NCBI GenBank assembly: GCA_037200685.1 | Contig: JBBCIG010000005.1 | Location: 126,769-150,768 of the forward strand | Direction of reading: 5' to 3' | DNA length: 24,000 bases | DNA from: Chitinophagaceae bacterium | GTDB lineage: Bacteria; Bacteroidota; Bacteroidia; Chitinophagales; Chitinophagaceae | Shown: piece by piece, positions 1 to 8,988 of the stretch | How positions within the stretch are numbered: position 1 is the first letter of the stretch | Layout: each line of letters begins with the position of its first letter | Made by a program: the position numbers and the translations under genes | Notes under the pieces: model-generated | What the model was told of the DNA's origin: nothing | Databases searched by the model: none | Seen by the model: only the letters and a program-made list of their open reading frames with translations

Positions 1-1471
1 AAGCATTTCCTTCCGACAATGATGCAACCGCTTTATCACGGACTTCTTTGTCAACCATTTTTAATATCCAAGGGGCTTCATTAACATTTACATAAAGAAT
101 GCCATCCGGATCTATCGCATTGCCGCCCCATTCCGCACCGCCGCTATAGCCAAACAATAAAGTGCCTTTTTCATTTGGTGGCTGAAACTTATTATCCTTT
201 TTTAATTCAAGAAATAATTTCTTAACGTACTCATGTGATTCAGGAGAGATGTTTGAAATATCATCTTCTGTAAATAGCTGCCTGTTCAATGGCGCTGGCT
301 TCAGCGGAAATTTTTGGGTGGGATAGGGGTGCTCTCCTGGCAAACCATTTACAGGCACGGGCCTTTCTTCTACCGGGAACAAAGATGTTCCGCTGTCAAG
401 ATTTAGTACATATACCTGTCCGTCTTTGGTCGCCTGCACTACCACATCTGTTTTTTTCCCATCGTGGGTTATGGTAATAAGATTTGGCGGACAGGACATA
501 TCCCTGTCCCACAGATCATGATGAATGGTTTGATAATACCATTTTAATTTTCCTGTTTCCGCTTCTAACGCCAGTATGCAATTCGCAAACAGGTTTGCGC
601 CTTCCCGGTCACCACCATAAAAATCAGAAGAAGGCGAACCAGTGCCTAAAAAAACAACACCCCGTTTTTCATCCAGCACCATCCCGCTCCAGTTATTGAC
701 AGCTCCTATTTTTTTATACGCATCTTTCGGCCATGTGTCATATCCCAATTCACCTGGCTGCGGGATGGTATGAAATACCCATTTCAATTTTCCTGTTACC
801 ACATCAAATGCACGGATATGTCCCGGTGCGGCATCACCTCCTTCGGCAACACTGGAACCCATCACCACTGTATTTTTATAAATAACACCCGGTGTGGTAG
901 CGGTTACAGTAAGGTTTTGTACATCGTGGCCGATATTATCAGCAAGGCCCTGGTGCAGGTCCGCTTTCCCATTATTGCCAAATGTTGTAACAAGTTTACC
1001 TGTGGATGCATTGACGGCATACAAAGAAGAGCCTGCGGAATAAAGAATGCGTTTGTCGTCACCCTCTTTCCAATACATTACCCCCCTGTTGGTGTTGAAT
1101 GTCTGATTTTCTTTAACGGGTTCAAATCTCCATAACTGCTCACCAGTGGCTGCGTTTAATGCAAATAAATTGAGTTCTGCGGAAGTGCCGTATAATATTC
1201 CATTAACAACGATAGGTTGGCATTGTGTTTCTCCATTGCCAGTTTTTTTCGTTGTGTCGTTGGCAAAATAAGTCCAGGCGACTTCGAGATCTTTTACATT
1301 CTCAATATTTATTTCTGATAAAGGGGAGTAGCGGTTACCGGCTTTATTACCACCGTATACAGGATAATCTTTTCCAGTTTCCATGGAAGCTGGATTTTTA
1401 TTATCATCAGCATTTTTACAACCAGCTATAAATAGTAATACGAGAGTTAAGAGCTTTAATGTATTCTTCAT
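1..1471 (-). CDS. PQQ-dependent (quinoprotein) glucose dehydrogenase-like lipoprotein, C-terminal part truncated by left window edge
   Basis: Manual reverse-strand translation from ATG at 1471: MKNTLKLLTLVLLFIAGCKNADD... (lipobox-like IAGC) followed by YPVYGGNKAGNRYSPLSEINIENVKDLEVAWTY, LFALNAATGEQLWRF and GYDTWPKDAYKKIGAVNNWSGMVLDEKRGVVFLGTGSP..DFYGGDREGANLFANCILAL, typical of the quinoprotein dehydrogenase beta-propeller. Absent from the ORF track because it runs off the edge. Confidence 0.87.
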   Translation of the reverse strand, partial: MKNTLKLLTLVLLFIAGCKNADDNKNPASMETGKDYPVYGGNKAGNRYSPLSEINIENVKDLEVAWTYFANDTTKKTGNGETQCQPIVVNGILYGTSAELNLFALNAATGEQLWRFEPVKENQTFNTNRGVMYWKEGDDKRILYSAGSSLYAVNASTGKLVTTFGNNGKADLHQGLADNIGHDVQNLTVTATTPGVIYKNTVVMGSSVAEGGDAAPGHIRAFDVVTGKLKWVFHTIPQPGELGYDTWPKDAYKKIGAVNNWSGMVLDEKRGVVFLGTGSPSSDFYGGDREGANLFANCILALEAETGKLKWYYQTIHHDLWDRDMSCPPNLITITHDGKKTDVVVQATKDGQVYVLNLDSGTSLFPVEERPVPVNGLPGEHPYPTQKFPLKPAPLNRQLFTEDDISNISPESHEYVKKLFLELKKDNKFQPPNEKGTLLFGYSGGAEWGGNAIDPDGILYVNVNEAPWILKMVDKEVRDKAVASLSEGNA

Positions 1472-1504
1472 TTTAAATAGCAAAGCAGTGATACTTATAT
1501 TAGA

Positions 1505-2644
1505 TTATTTATTCTTCTGAACAGATTCCATTAAACCTTTGATATAACCCCATGCATATAAAGAGCCGATCGTGCTGTAGCCGGGAAAATCATTACTGTC
1601 TCCCGCCATCGTAGGTACATGATCAGGTCTTATCGGGCCTTTAAACCCCGCATCATAATAGGCTTTCATTGCTGCGTACATATCAATATCACCTTCGTCA
1701 TGAAATGTTTCTGTAAATTTTGTACTCGGTTTATTGCCACTCAGGTCATGTACATTTCTGAAATGAACAAAATGAATCAGTTTTCTTTTTCCAAAATATT
1801 TTATCGTAGCAGGAATATCGGCGCCCATTAATGAAAAATTTCCCTGGCACATCGTAATGCCATTGCTGGGGCTGGGAACTATGTCTACTAATCTTTTAAA
1901 ATTTTCTACCGAAGTCATAATGCGGGATATGCCTTTGATATTATCTACCTGCGGGTCATCCGGATGCATGGCGAGTTTCATTCCTATCTTTTCCGCTTCG
2001 GGAACAACCGCCTTTAAAAAATATTCAAGGTTTTTCCACATGGCCTCTTTCGTCACTATGCCATATTGCGTTAATGGTTGGTCTTTGATCACATCATAAT
2101 CAAACGCCGTCATCAATGCACCACCACGTCCGGGCCTTGCGTTATCTGTCCGGTACCATCCAATCACCGGCATCCAGTTATAACAAATCACATCAGTACC
2201 AGCTTTCGATAAACTCTTCATTAACGTAATAAAATTGGCGATCTCTTCGTCTCTTCCTTCCAAACCTAATTTTGTTTTTTCACCTAACGAAGGCGGCCCT
2301 TCCACTACATTAAAATTTAATCCTACTTTTTTCCATGCTTCCTTTACCGCAGCTACTGATTTTTCCTCATAAGCTTTTGCGCTATTATCCAGGCCGGCTA
2401 ATCTTGTACTGACACCACCCACTGCACCGAAAACATCCATCTGTTTCAGCAATGCGATTTTTCTTTCATCCATTCCGCTGAAATAAGCTTCGCTGGCCTG
2501 CATGCCTGCATCTTTTGCGAAATGGGAAATAGTTGTTTTGTTACTTGAAGATGTGCCGGCGATAGCTGGTATCATTCCGCCTGCTGAAACTGCTGCGGCA
2601 AGGGAAACAGTTTTTTTAATAAAATCTCTGCGCTTACTATTCAT
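1505..2644 (-). CDS. uxuA: Mannonate dehydratase family protein with twin-arginine type leader
   Basis: ORF 1505..2764; internal Met at 2644 (MNSKRRDFIKKTVSLAAAVSAGG) is the more plausible start because it gives a Tat-like leader and removes overlap with the upstream gene. UxuA-like motifs: FNVVEGPP, CYNWMPVIGWYRTD, GITMCQGNFSLMG, IHFVHFRNV, ETFHDEGDIDM, RPDHVPTMAGD. Confidence 0.88.
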   Translation of the reverse strand: MNSKRRDFIKKTVSLAAAVSAGGMIPAIAGTSSSNKTTISHFAKDAGMQASEAYFSGMDERKIALLKQMDVFGAVGGVSTRLAGLDNSAKAYEEKSVAAVKEAWKKVGLNFNVVEGPPSLGEKTKLGLEGRDEEIANFITLMKSLSKAGTDVICYNWMPVIGWYRTDNARPGRGGALMTAFDYDVIKDQPLTQYGIVTKEAMWKNLEYFLKAVVPEAEKIGMKLAMHPDDPQVDNIKGISRIMTSVENFKRLVDIVPSPSNGITMCQGNFSLMGADIPATIKYFGKRKLIHFVHFRNVHDLSGNKPSTKFTETFHDEGDIDMYAAMKAYYDAGFKGPIRPDHVPTMAGDSNDFPGYSTIGSLYAWGYIKGLMESVQKNK

Positions 2645-2747
2645 GGCAAGTTGTTTTATAGTTGAAAGATACACTCTTCGATTTCGAAATACTGGTATTA
2701 TTTTATCCGCTTCTTCACTATAACCTTGTCCTGAATGGCAAGATATA

Positions 2748-5192
2748 TTAAAGGCCTTCTTCACCTTCTTTCTTCGGCACAGGTTTATTTTGTTTAATAC
2801 GATAATTAAATGTAAGATTTATCTGTCTTCGCCTGAATTGTGAATTACTCTCCGAATAAAAATTAGGCCCTTCGCTAAAACCCCGGTTTCGTCGTGAATT
2901 AAAAACATCCAATACATTCAGGTTGATCGTGCCATTCCCTTTCAGCACATCTTTGTTCAATGCAAAATCAATAAAATAAAACGCTTGGCGTTTTCCTTGT
3001 GCTGTTTTTTGCGCCGCTTCATAATTGCCACGCAACTGCATTTCTATATCATGGGGCAATGTAAACCTTGAGGTTTGCCTCGCAAACCAGCTAAACGTTT
3101 TTGTTTTATAAGATGCGAGTATATTACTTCCGTCAATCGCCGCATGAAAAAGATTGAGGTTCATATCCATTTTCCACCATTTCGTAGCTGTCCATGTGCC
3201 GGTAAATTCCGCACCCCATGCATTTTCTTTTTTCAGGTTCTCCGGTTTCGTTGTTGATTTGCCTTCATCATTTACCCTGCGTATCCGCTCTATCTTTCCC
3301 CTGGTGTTACGATAATAAATACCGGAGAATAAAGAGCCTTTTTCAAAATTCATGATATAGGCAATTTCACCAACATTGCTGAACTCCGGGTCCAGGTCAG
3401 GATTACCACTGGAAAAATTCCGGCTGTCAGAGTAAGTCATATATGGGCTAAGATCATTATAAAATGGCCGGCGTATCCTCCGGCTATAACTTATTTGCAG
3501 CGCATTATCATCGCTCACATCGTATGTAAAATGGGCGCTGGGAAAGAAGTTAAAATAATCTCTTGGGTTCTGCTCATTGGTTTTTTGCAGTACCGTTTTT
3601 ACATCCGTGTATTCCGCCCGCAATCCCGCCTGGTAGGACATCTTTTTACTTTTATTGGCAAGAATGCCATAAGCAGCATGAATGTTTTCATTATAAACAA
3701 AAACATTATCAAGGCCCGGTAGCGGAACAAACACACCGGAACCATTTTGTTCCGTTACTAAAAAGTCATTGGTCATGTCCCGGAAGCTGCTGCGGATACC
3801 TGTTTCAAATTTTCCATCCTGGCCCAGCGGCTGCACATAATCTAATTGGAACAACCATTGCTTTTCATACTCATCATTCGGCGATCGCTGGACCACAGAT
3901 TTGGAAATGTCCTGCGTCCCGTTTTTATCGTATGAATATTGCGTAAATAATTGATTGGAACTTTCCCAGTTATCAATGTATTTAACGGTAGCAGAAAGTT
4001 CGTGATCTTTTTTCTCAAACGTTTTTTTATAAGTAAGCGTGTATTCTGAATTGGGTTCCTTTTCTTTTTCATCCTGTCGCCTCGTCGTTAAGCCACCGTA
4101 ATCGGAAAGATTAAAGTAATAATCTTCATAGCGAATATGAGAAATGCGGGTAGCATTGCTGCGGCGAAAAAGATAAGAAGCCGTAAGTATACTTTTCTCC
4201 GTAAAATAATAATCAAGCCCGCCACGTATATTCGTATTCAATCCTTTGATGCGGTTGGTAGTGCTTTGTCTTGAAATAAAAGTAGTATCAGCGGTATACA
4301 CTTCCTGGTACAAAGAACCACGGCCCGGCTGATTACGGTAAGCAATACCGTAGTTGATAAAGAAATTAATTTTCTTATGGCGATAATTCAAATTAGCGGC
4401 GGCTCCTAAGTTTGGATAATAACCAGTAATCAGTTCCAGCGAACCATTAAAGCCCTGTCGTTTATCTTTTTTTAAAATGATATTAATAATACCTGCATTT
4501 CCTTCCGCTTCGTAACGGGCTGAGGGGTTCGTAATGATCTCCACCCGGTCAATCAAACTCGCAGGTAATTGTTGTAAACCTCCCGATCCTTTAAAACTCA
4601 CCAGCCCGGATGGTTTGCCATCAATTAAAATGCGGACATTATCACTGCCTCGGAGTTTTACATTTCCTTCGCCATCGACAGTCACCGAAGGAATATTCGT
4701 AAGTATATCCGATGCAGAACCGCCTGCATTCGCCAAATCTTTCCCAACAGTAAAAATTCGTTTGTCCAGTTCCAGTTGCATAAAACTTTTTTCCGCCTGC
4801 ACCACCACTTCATTTAAAAGTGTTGTTGACTGTGTAAGACGAACAATGCCAAGGTCATGAACGGCATGCTCTTTTGAAAGACTAAATGTCGCCGTAGTGA
4901 CGGATGTGTAACCTGTATGTTCTAAAACCGCATAATAGGAGCCATATGATATTTGAAAAGAAAAATCACCTTTTTCTGAGCTTGGGTTTCCATTCACCTG
5001 TTTTTTCTGAGTGGTTTCAAAAATGCGGACGCTTACCGCGGCCAATGGATTGGAAGAAAGAGAATCAATTACTTTTCCTTTTACAGTCGCTGTGCTGGTT
5101 TGAGCAAACGAGTTGTAGCCGAATAAAAAAAGTAATGCGGGGCTAATAAATATTTTGCAGGGGAATGCAAGTAAATGGCGATACTTCGGCAT
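2748..5192 (-). CDS. Outer-membrane beta-barrel / TonB-dependent receptor family protein with N-terminal carboxypeptidase-regulatory-like domain
   Basis: 814 aa; signal peptide; ATVKGKVIDSLSSNPLAAVSVRI regulatory-like domain; plug region LNEVVVQAEKSFMQLELDKRIFTVGKDLANAGGSASDILTNIPSVTVDGEGNVKLRGSDNVRILIDGKPSG; terminal aromatic-rich beta-barrel. Confidence 0.9.
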   Translation of the reverse strand: MPKYRHLLAFPCKIFISPALLFLFGYNSFAQTSTATVKGKVIDSLSSNPLAAVSVRIFETTQKKQVNGNPSSEKGDFSFQISYGSYYAVLEHTGYTSVTTATFSLSKEHAVHDLGIVRLTQSTTLLNEVVVQAEKSFMQLELDKRIFTVGKDLANAGGSASDILTNIPSVTVDGEGNVKLRGSDNVRILIDGKPSGLVSFKGSGGLQQLPASLIDRVEIITNPSARYEAEGNAGIINIILKKDKRQGFNGSLELITGYYPNLGAAANLNYRHKKINFFINYGIAYRNQPGRGSLYQEVYTADTTFISRQSTTNRIKGLNTNIRGGLDYYFTEKSILTASYLFRRSNATRISHIRYEDYYFNLSDYGGLTTRRQDEKEKEPNSEYTLTYKKTFEKKDHELSATVKYIDNWESSNQLFTQYSYDKNGTQDISKSVVQRSPNDEYEKQWLFQLDYVQPLGQDGKFETGIRSSFRDMTNDFLVTEQNGSGVFVPLPGLDNVFVYNENIHAAYGILANKSKKMSYQAGLRAEYTDVKTVLQKTNEQNPRDYFNFFPSAHFTYDVSDDNALQISYSRRIRRPFYNDLSPYMTYSDSRNFSSGNPDLDPEFSNVGEIAYIMNFEKGSLFSGIYYRNTRGKIERIRRVNDEGKSTTKPENLKKENAWGAEFTGTWTATKWWKMDMNLNLFHAAIDGSNILASYKTKTFSWFARQTSRFTLPHDIEMQLRGNYEAAQKTAQGKRQAFYFIDFALNKDVLKGNGTINLNVLDVFNSRRNRGFSEGPNFYSESNSQFRRRQINLTFNYRIKQNKPVPKKEGEEGL

Positions 5193-5334
5193 AAGGCAAA
5201 TATATATCGACGCACCCGTTACTCCTTACAATTTTTGATCAATGAGGGAAGAAAATAAGCGACCTTTCACATGTCTAATAATCAACGTTGGCTGATTTTG
5301 TATATTGCAGCTACTGAATATAAAATTGTTTCGC

Positions 5335-6384
5335 ATGAAAAGAATAACTGCTTTCTATTTCATCACATTGTCTTTTTTTACACAAATAGTTGCCCAGGAT
5401 ACTTATACCAATCCAATAAAAAATTCCGGCCCCGATCCATGGGTCATCCTGCAAAATGGCTGGTACTACTACATGAATACTACGGGCAATGATTTAAAAT
5501 TATGGCGTACGAAAAATCTCGGCCAGTTAGCTACTGCCGAAGTAAAAACTATTTACAAGCCTGAAGAAAATAAACTCTATTCCAAACAATTGTGGGCGCC
5601 GGAAATACATTTCCTCGATAAGAAATGGTATGTCTATTTTGCAGCGGACGATGGCAACAATCTTCATCATCGTATGTGGGTATTGGAAAATGTAAATGAA
5701 GATCCGTTTGCAGGTGATTGGATATTGAAAGGCAAGCTCACGGATCCCGGTGACCATTGGGCGATTGACCTTACCGTGATTGATTACAAAGGAAAACGTT
5801 ATGCGGCATGGAGCGGCTGGGAAAATTATAATAATGTGCAGCAGAATATTTATATCGCCGAATTAGAAAATCCATGGACGATGAAAGGCGACAGGATATT
5901 AGTTTCTGAACCTGCTCACGATTGGGAATTGCATGGCGCAGTACCGCTTGAATGGCAGAAGAATACTGGCGAGCCTCCTGTATTACGTGTAAACGAAGGC
6001 CCCGAATTTCTTGAAAAAAACGGAAAGTTGTTTATCATTTATTCGGCCAATGCCTGCTGGCTCGATTATAATTTAGGAATGCTTTCATTCAATGGCAGCG
6101 GCGATATACTGGCTGCCAAGAATTGGAAAAAACATCCTCAGCCGGTATTTGCCCAATCTGCAACAAACAATGTATTTGCACCGGGGCATAATTCTTTTTT
6201 CAAAAGCCCCGATGGAAAAGAAGACTGGATATTATATCATGCCAACCCGACGGCTACGGATGGTTGCGGTAATAAAAGGGCGCCGCACATGCAAAAATTT
6301 TCATGGAATGCAGATGGCACTCCCAATTTTGGATCTCCCGTTTCTAAAAAACCATTGCCGCTTCCGTCAGGTATGCATAATTGA
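5335..6384 (+). CDS. Glycoside hydrolase family 43-like secreted protein (arabinosidase/xylosidase type)
   Basis: ORF 5305..6384; Met at 5335 gives signal peptide MKRITAFYFITLSFFTQIVAQ. GH43-like blocks TNPIKNSGPDPWVILQNGWYYYMNTTG, SKQLWAPEIHFLDKKWYVYFAA, DLTVIDYKGKRYAAWSG, VNEGPEFLEKNGKLFIIYSAN, APGHNSFFKSPDGKEDWILYHA. Confidence 0.87.
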   Translation: MKRITAFYFITLSFFTQIVAQDTYTNPIKNSGPDPWVILQNGWYYYMNTTGNDLKLWRTKNLGQLATAEVKTIYKPEENKLYSKQLWAPEIHFLDKKWYVYFAADDGNNLHHRMWVLENVNEDPFAGDWILKGKLTDPGDHWAIDLTVIDYKGKRYAAWSGWENYNNVQQNIYIAELENPWTMKGDRILVSEPAHDWELHGAVPLEWQKNTGEPPVLRVNEGPEFLEKNGKLFIIYSANACWLDYNLGMLSFNGSGDILAAKNWKKHPQPVFAQSATNNVFAPGHNSFFKSPDGKEDWILYHANPTATDGCGNKRAPHMQKFSWNADGTPNFGSPVSKKPLPLPSGMHN

Positions 6385-6514
6385 TAAACTAGTTTTAATT
6401 ATTATCCCAACTGCATTACTACTAGCATCGCCTGTTGCGTCGCACTCTTGTACGTTCGGTAATTCTATTGAGCATTGTCGGAATATCATTTTATCACCAC
6501 GGCTATTTTTATTC

Positions 6515-6549
6515 GTAGACCCCTCGTGCCTCGGGGTGACAAGGAAGAG
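6515..6549 (+). repeat. Palindromic intergenic repeat, copy 1 (inverted relative to copy 2)
   Basis: gtagacccctcgtgcctcggggtgacaaggaagag; 27/35 identical to the reverse complement of 6596..6630; both form a 5-bp stem ACCCC/GGGGT or ATGGC/GCCAT around the conserved loop TCGTGCCTC. Confidence 0.75.
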
Positions 6550-6595
6550 TTTTATTATCCCGAACCTTTTTAAAACGACTTACATTATAGTAGTT

Positions 6596-6630
6596 CTCTT
6601 CTTTGTCATGGCGAGGCACGAGCCATCTAT
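6596..6630 (-). repeat. Palindromic intergenic repeat, copy 2
   Basis: Reverse complement atagatggctcgtgcctcgccatgacaaagaagag aligns to 6515..6549 with compensatory stem changes. Confidence 0.75.
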
Positions 6631-6635
6631 TTATA

Positions 6636-6666
6636 GTCTCTTCTTTAGGAGAGGCTAGGTGAGGTT
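6636..6666 (+). repeat. Hairpin-containing intergenic repeat fragment (gtctcttctttaggagaggctaggtgaggttt)
   Basis: CTCTTC/GGAGAG hairpin followed by CTAGGTGAGGTTT; resembles the GTTGGGGTGAGGT-ending repeats at 21948..22012 and 22735..22819. Confidence 0.45.
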
Positions 6667-6668
6667 TC

Positions 6669-7205
6669 CTACACTTTTATCTTTCCCTCCACAGAATCAT
6701 CCAATGTTTTTCCAATAGCAGCGCCTACCAGCATTTTAATAAATGCGACTGCATTTCCATGTACGGTATCCCAGTAATAACCTTCTTCGGGAATAATTTC
6801 AATTACAGAAATACGGGGATCATTTTTTCCTTCGGTGAACCATGCTTTATGAAGCGGTTCCCATAGTTCATCAATTTTATTTTTGTCTTCTGAAATAAAG
6901 GCATTGCCCTTAATAAATAAGAAATCAGAATGCGCTGAACCCTGGAAATACATTTTCACTTCAGGGTCGGCATCTATCTCTTTATTCTTATAGCTGTCAT
7001 TAGCACTCAGGAACCATAAGTGACCGTCATCATCTACTTTCTGCACACTCATTGGCCTTACCCCTTCGGACGGGCCTTCCGCACCACCTGTGCAAAAGAA
7101 GCAGGTATTTGCTTTTTTGACAAGTTCTTTTAACTTTTCGACAGCTGCGACGTTCGTTAAATTCTCCCGGTTGTGTTCCGGCTGGTTTTTGTTGATACTG
7201 TCCAT
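6669..7205 (-). CDS. Pyridoxamine 5'-phosphate oxidase family protein (general stress protein 26-like)
   Basis: 178 aa; RPMSVQKVDDDGHLWFLSANDSYKNKEIDADPEVKMYFQGS..FLFIKGNAFISEDKNKIDELWEP..KAWF, the typical general-stress flavin-binding split-barrel pattern. Confidence 0.85.
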   Translation of the reverse strand: MDSINKNQPEHNRENLTNVAAVEKLKELVKKANTCFFCTGGAEGPSEGVRPMSVQKVDDDGHLWFLSANDSYKNKEIDADPEVKMYFQGSAHSDFLFIKGNAFISEDKNKIDELWEPLHKAWFTEGKNDPRISVIEIIPEEGYYWDTVHGNAVAFIKMLVGAAIGKTLDDSVEGKIKV

Positions 7206-7576
7206 AATAAATTATTGTGGGTGAATTAATTTATAGCAAGGGTTTCAACAAATGTGCCGGGATGAAATGCGGTAGATGAAAATATGAATGTGCAATACTT
7301 GTTGCGATCTTTCCCCAATGAATTTATTCTTTGGAGATCGTCAGTAAAAAAGGCCAAAGTATTTTACTGAAGTCTTTTTATTTGAGAACAAAATTCGGAT
7401 TCGCTTGTTTGACCCGCTTTTATTATTGCATGATCCCGATCTTACGAAAGTCAATAGTACGACTACCGGACTGAAAAGAAATTATCCTTCTTTTACTTTA
7501 TCATTGCCATTTATAATATACAGTTTTAGTTTTTGATGATTAGCCTAAGTTTAATACATTCAACTTAAAATAATAT

Positions 7577-7858
7577 ATGATTATTGCAGGCTGGATATGC
7601 ATAGCGCTCGAGATTTTACTTTTACTAATATGGGTTTACAGTATTTTCTTTACTACTAATGGAACCGATCCCGCTGGAAGAGGAACCGCCACGGTTTTTG
7701 TGATCGGTTTATGTATATACATTGCAGCGAGCATTCTTTTATTACTCATGGGAAAAACATGGTCGGTAGTGCTTGTATTGGTTATGGCAGGCATACCCTT
7801 AGCTATTGTTTGCATCGGGCTAGGGAAAAAATACGGATCGCCAAAGAAAGAATATTAG
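7577..7858 (+). CDS. Small multi-pass membrane protein, unknown function
   Basis: 93 aa with about three hydrophobic segments, starting MIIAGWICIALEILLLLIWVYSIFF; followed immediately by a strong terminator. Confidence 0.6.
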   Translation: MIIAGWICIALEILLLLIWVYSIFFTTNGTDPAGRGTATVFVIGLCIYIAASILLLLMGKTWSVVLVLVMAGIPLAIVCIGLGKKYGSPKKEY

Positions 7859-7866
7859 CTAATTAT

Positions 7867-7900
7867 AAAAAGCCGGAACAAACTTGTTCCGGCTTTTTTA
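7867..7900. terminator. Bidirectional rho-independent terminator between convergent genes
   Basis: aaaaagccggaacaaacttgttccggctttttt: perfect GCCGGAACA/TGTTCCGGC stem with A-tract and T-tract on opposite sides, between the + gene ending at 7858 and the - gene ending at 7921. Confidence 0.9.
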
Positions 7901-7920
7901 TTAAAGAAAGATGTCTTTAG

Positions 7921-8754
7921 TTATTTGACAGATCCTGCAGCATTTACCAATACTACATTGGATAAAACAGCTGTATCTGTTTTATCGGGCAGGTGCGAAC
8001 AAAAACCGATGCCAACATAAAAAGGCCCGTCAATTTTTAACTTAATGGGTGCGCCAAACTGGTGCATCGGTTCACCATCCATACTGACAAAGAGCGAAAA
8101 ATAATCGCCTTTCTTTTCAATGCCGATACGTTTTGCATGCGCTATAACAAGTGCATCAGGTGAGGTGCCACCCGGAAGGCCGCCGCGGCTGCCGATACGA
8201 TATTCCATATCCTTCACTCTTTCACCTTTTTCAGGCCGCCATGCTAAATGCATCATGCCGGCCCCGTGTAATGCAACAAGCGCTTGTTTTGAATCATCAT
8301 CCAAACTTTGACGGATGACAAGAACCGCTTTGCGGTCACCGAAACCCGATGTATCGGGATAATCAATATCGGCGGCTAATGACACGTTGCCTGACATTTT
8401 TTTCCAGAGAAAACGAAATTCATCACGCACATACCAAACATTGTAGCCTGCGGAAACAATTGTATATTTTTTTGTAGCAGGATCATAACTGGAACTGCCG
8501 GGAACCAATGGGGCGCCAACATCGGACTGACCTTGAAAAATTCCAATCGGCGTTAATGATGTTTTAGCCGGGCGATGAAAATCCGTAGGAGGTGATACCT
8601 GCTTATGCGTGGCAGATGCAGGTAACGCCCAATCAGGAATTTCAAGTTTTGTGTCTGTGGTGGTGGTTTGCGAAGAAACCAAATGGGGTGCCGCAACCAG
8701 CAGGAGAGCGGGTAGCAAAACTCTCGTGATTTTTTTTATCATATAGCTATTCAT
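7921..8754 (-). CDS. Secreted DUF1349-like (concanavalin-like fold) protein
   Basis: 277 aa; signal peptide; YNVWYVRDEFRFLWKKMSGNVSLAADIDYP..DRKAVLVIRQSLDDDSKQALVALHGAGMMHLAWRPE pattern seen in DUF1349/TolB-like secreted proteins. Confidence 0.65.
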   Translation of the reverse strand: MNSYMIKKITRVLLPALLLVAAPHLVSSQTTTTDTKLEIPDWALPASATHKQVSPPTDFHRPAKTSLTPIGIFQGQSDVGAPLVPGSSSYDPATKKYTIVSAGYNVWYVRDEFRFLWKKMSGNVSLAADIDYPDTSGFGDRKAVLVIRQSLDDDSKQALVALHGAGMMHLAWRPEKGERVKDMEYRIGSRGGLPGGTSPDALVIAHAKRIGIEKKGDYFSLFVSMDGEPMHQFGAPIKLKIDGPFYVGIGFCSHLPDKTDTAVLSNVVLVNAAGSVK

Positions 8755-8988
8755 TTAGATTTTTGATGCGCAACAAATGTAGATAGTATTTTGCAACCGG
8801 AGTTAAAGTAAGTATAGTTTTGAAGACAAATTTAGTACTGCAGCCTTATTTGCTGAGTAAAGAACAGGAAGATGAACGGAGCGTCGTCCCGATATACACC
8901 GGGATTTCGTTTTACTCAACAAGGGAGGATGCTGGTAGCAATGCAGCCGGGTTAATTAAAAAATGAAACAATAACTCGATCGCTGCTT

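Noticed and set aside
770-1135. 121-aa plus-strand ORF
   Set aside because: Antisense shadow of the PQQ dehydrogenase coding sequence.
2645-2764. N-terminal extension of the mannonate dehydratase ORF
   Set aside because: MKKAFNISCHSGQGYSEEADK.. does not resemble a leader and overlaps the preceding gene; the internal Met followed by the Tat motif is preferred.
3563-3946. 127-aa plus-strand ORF (also 3075..3257, 3495..3722, 4534..4860, 4904..5146)
   Set aside because: Antisense to a well supported 814-aa outer-membrane receptor.
6092-6658. 188-aa plus-strand ORF
   Set aside because: First half is out of frame within GH43 and the rest translates the intergenic repeat island.
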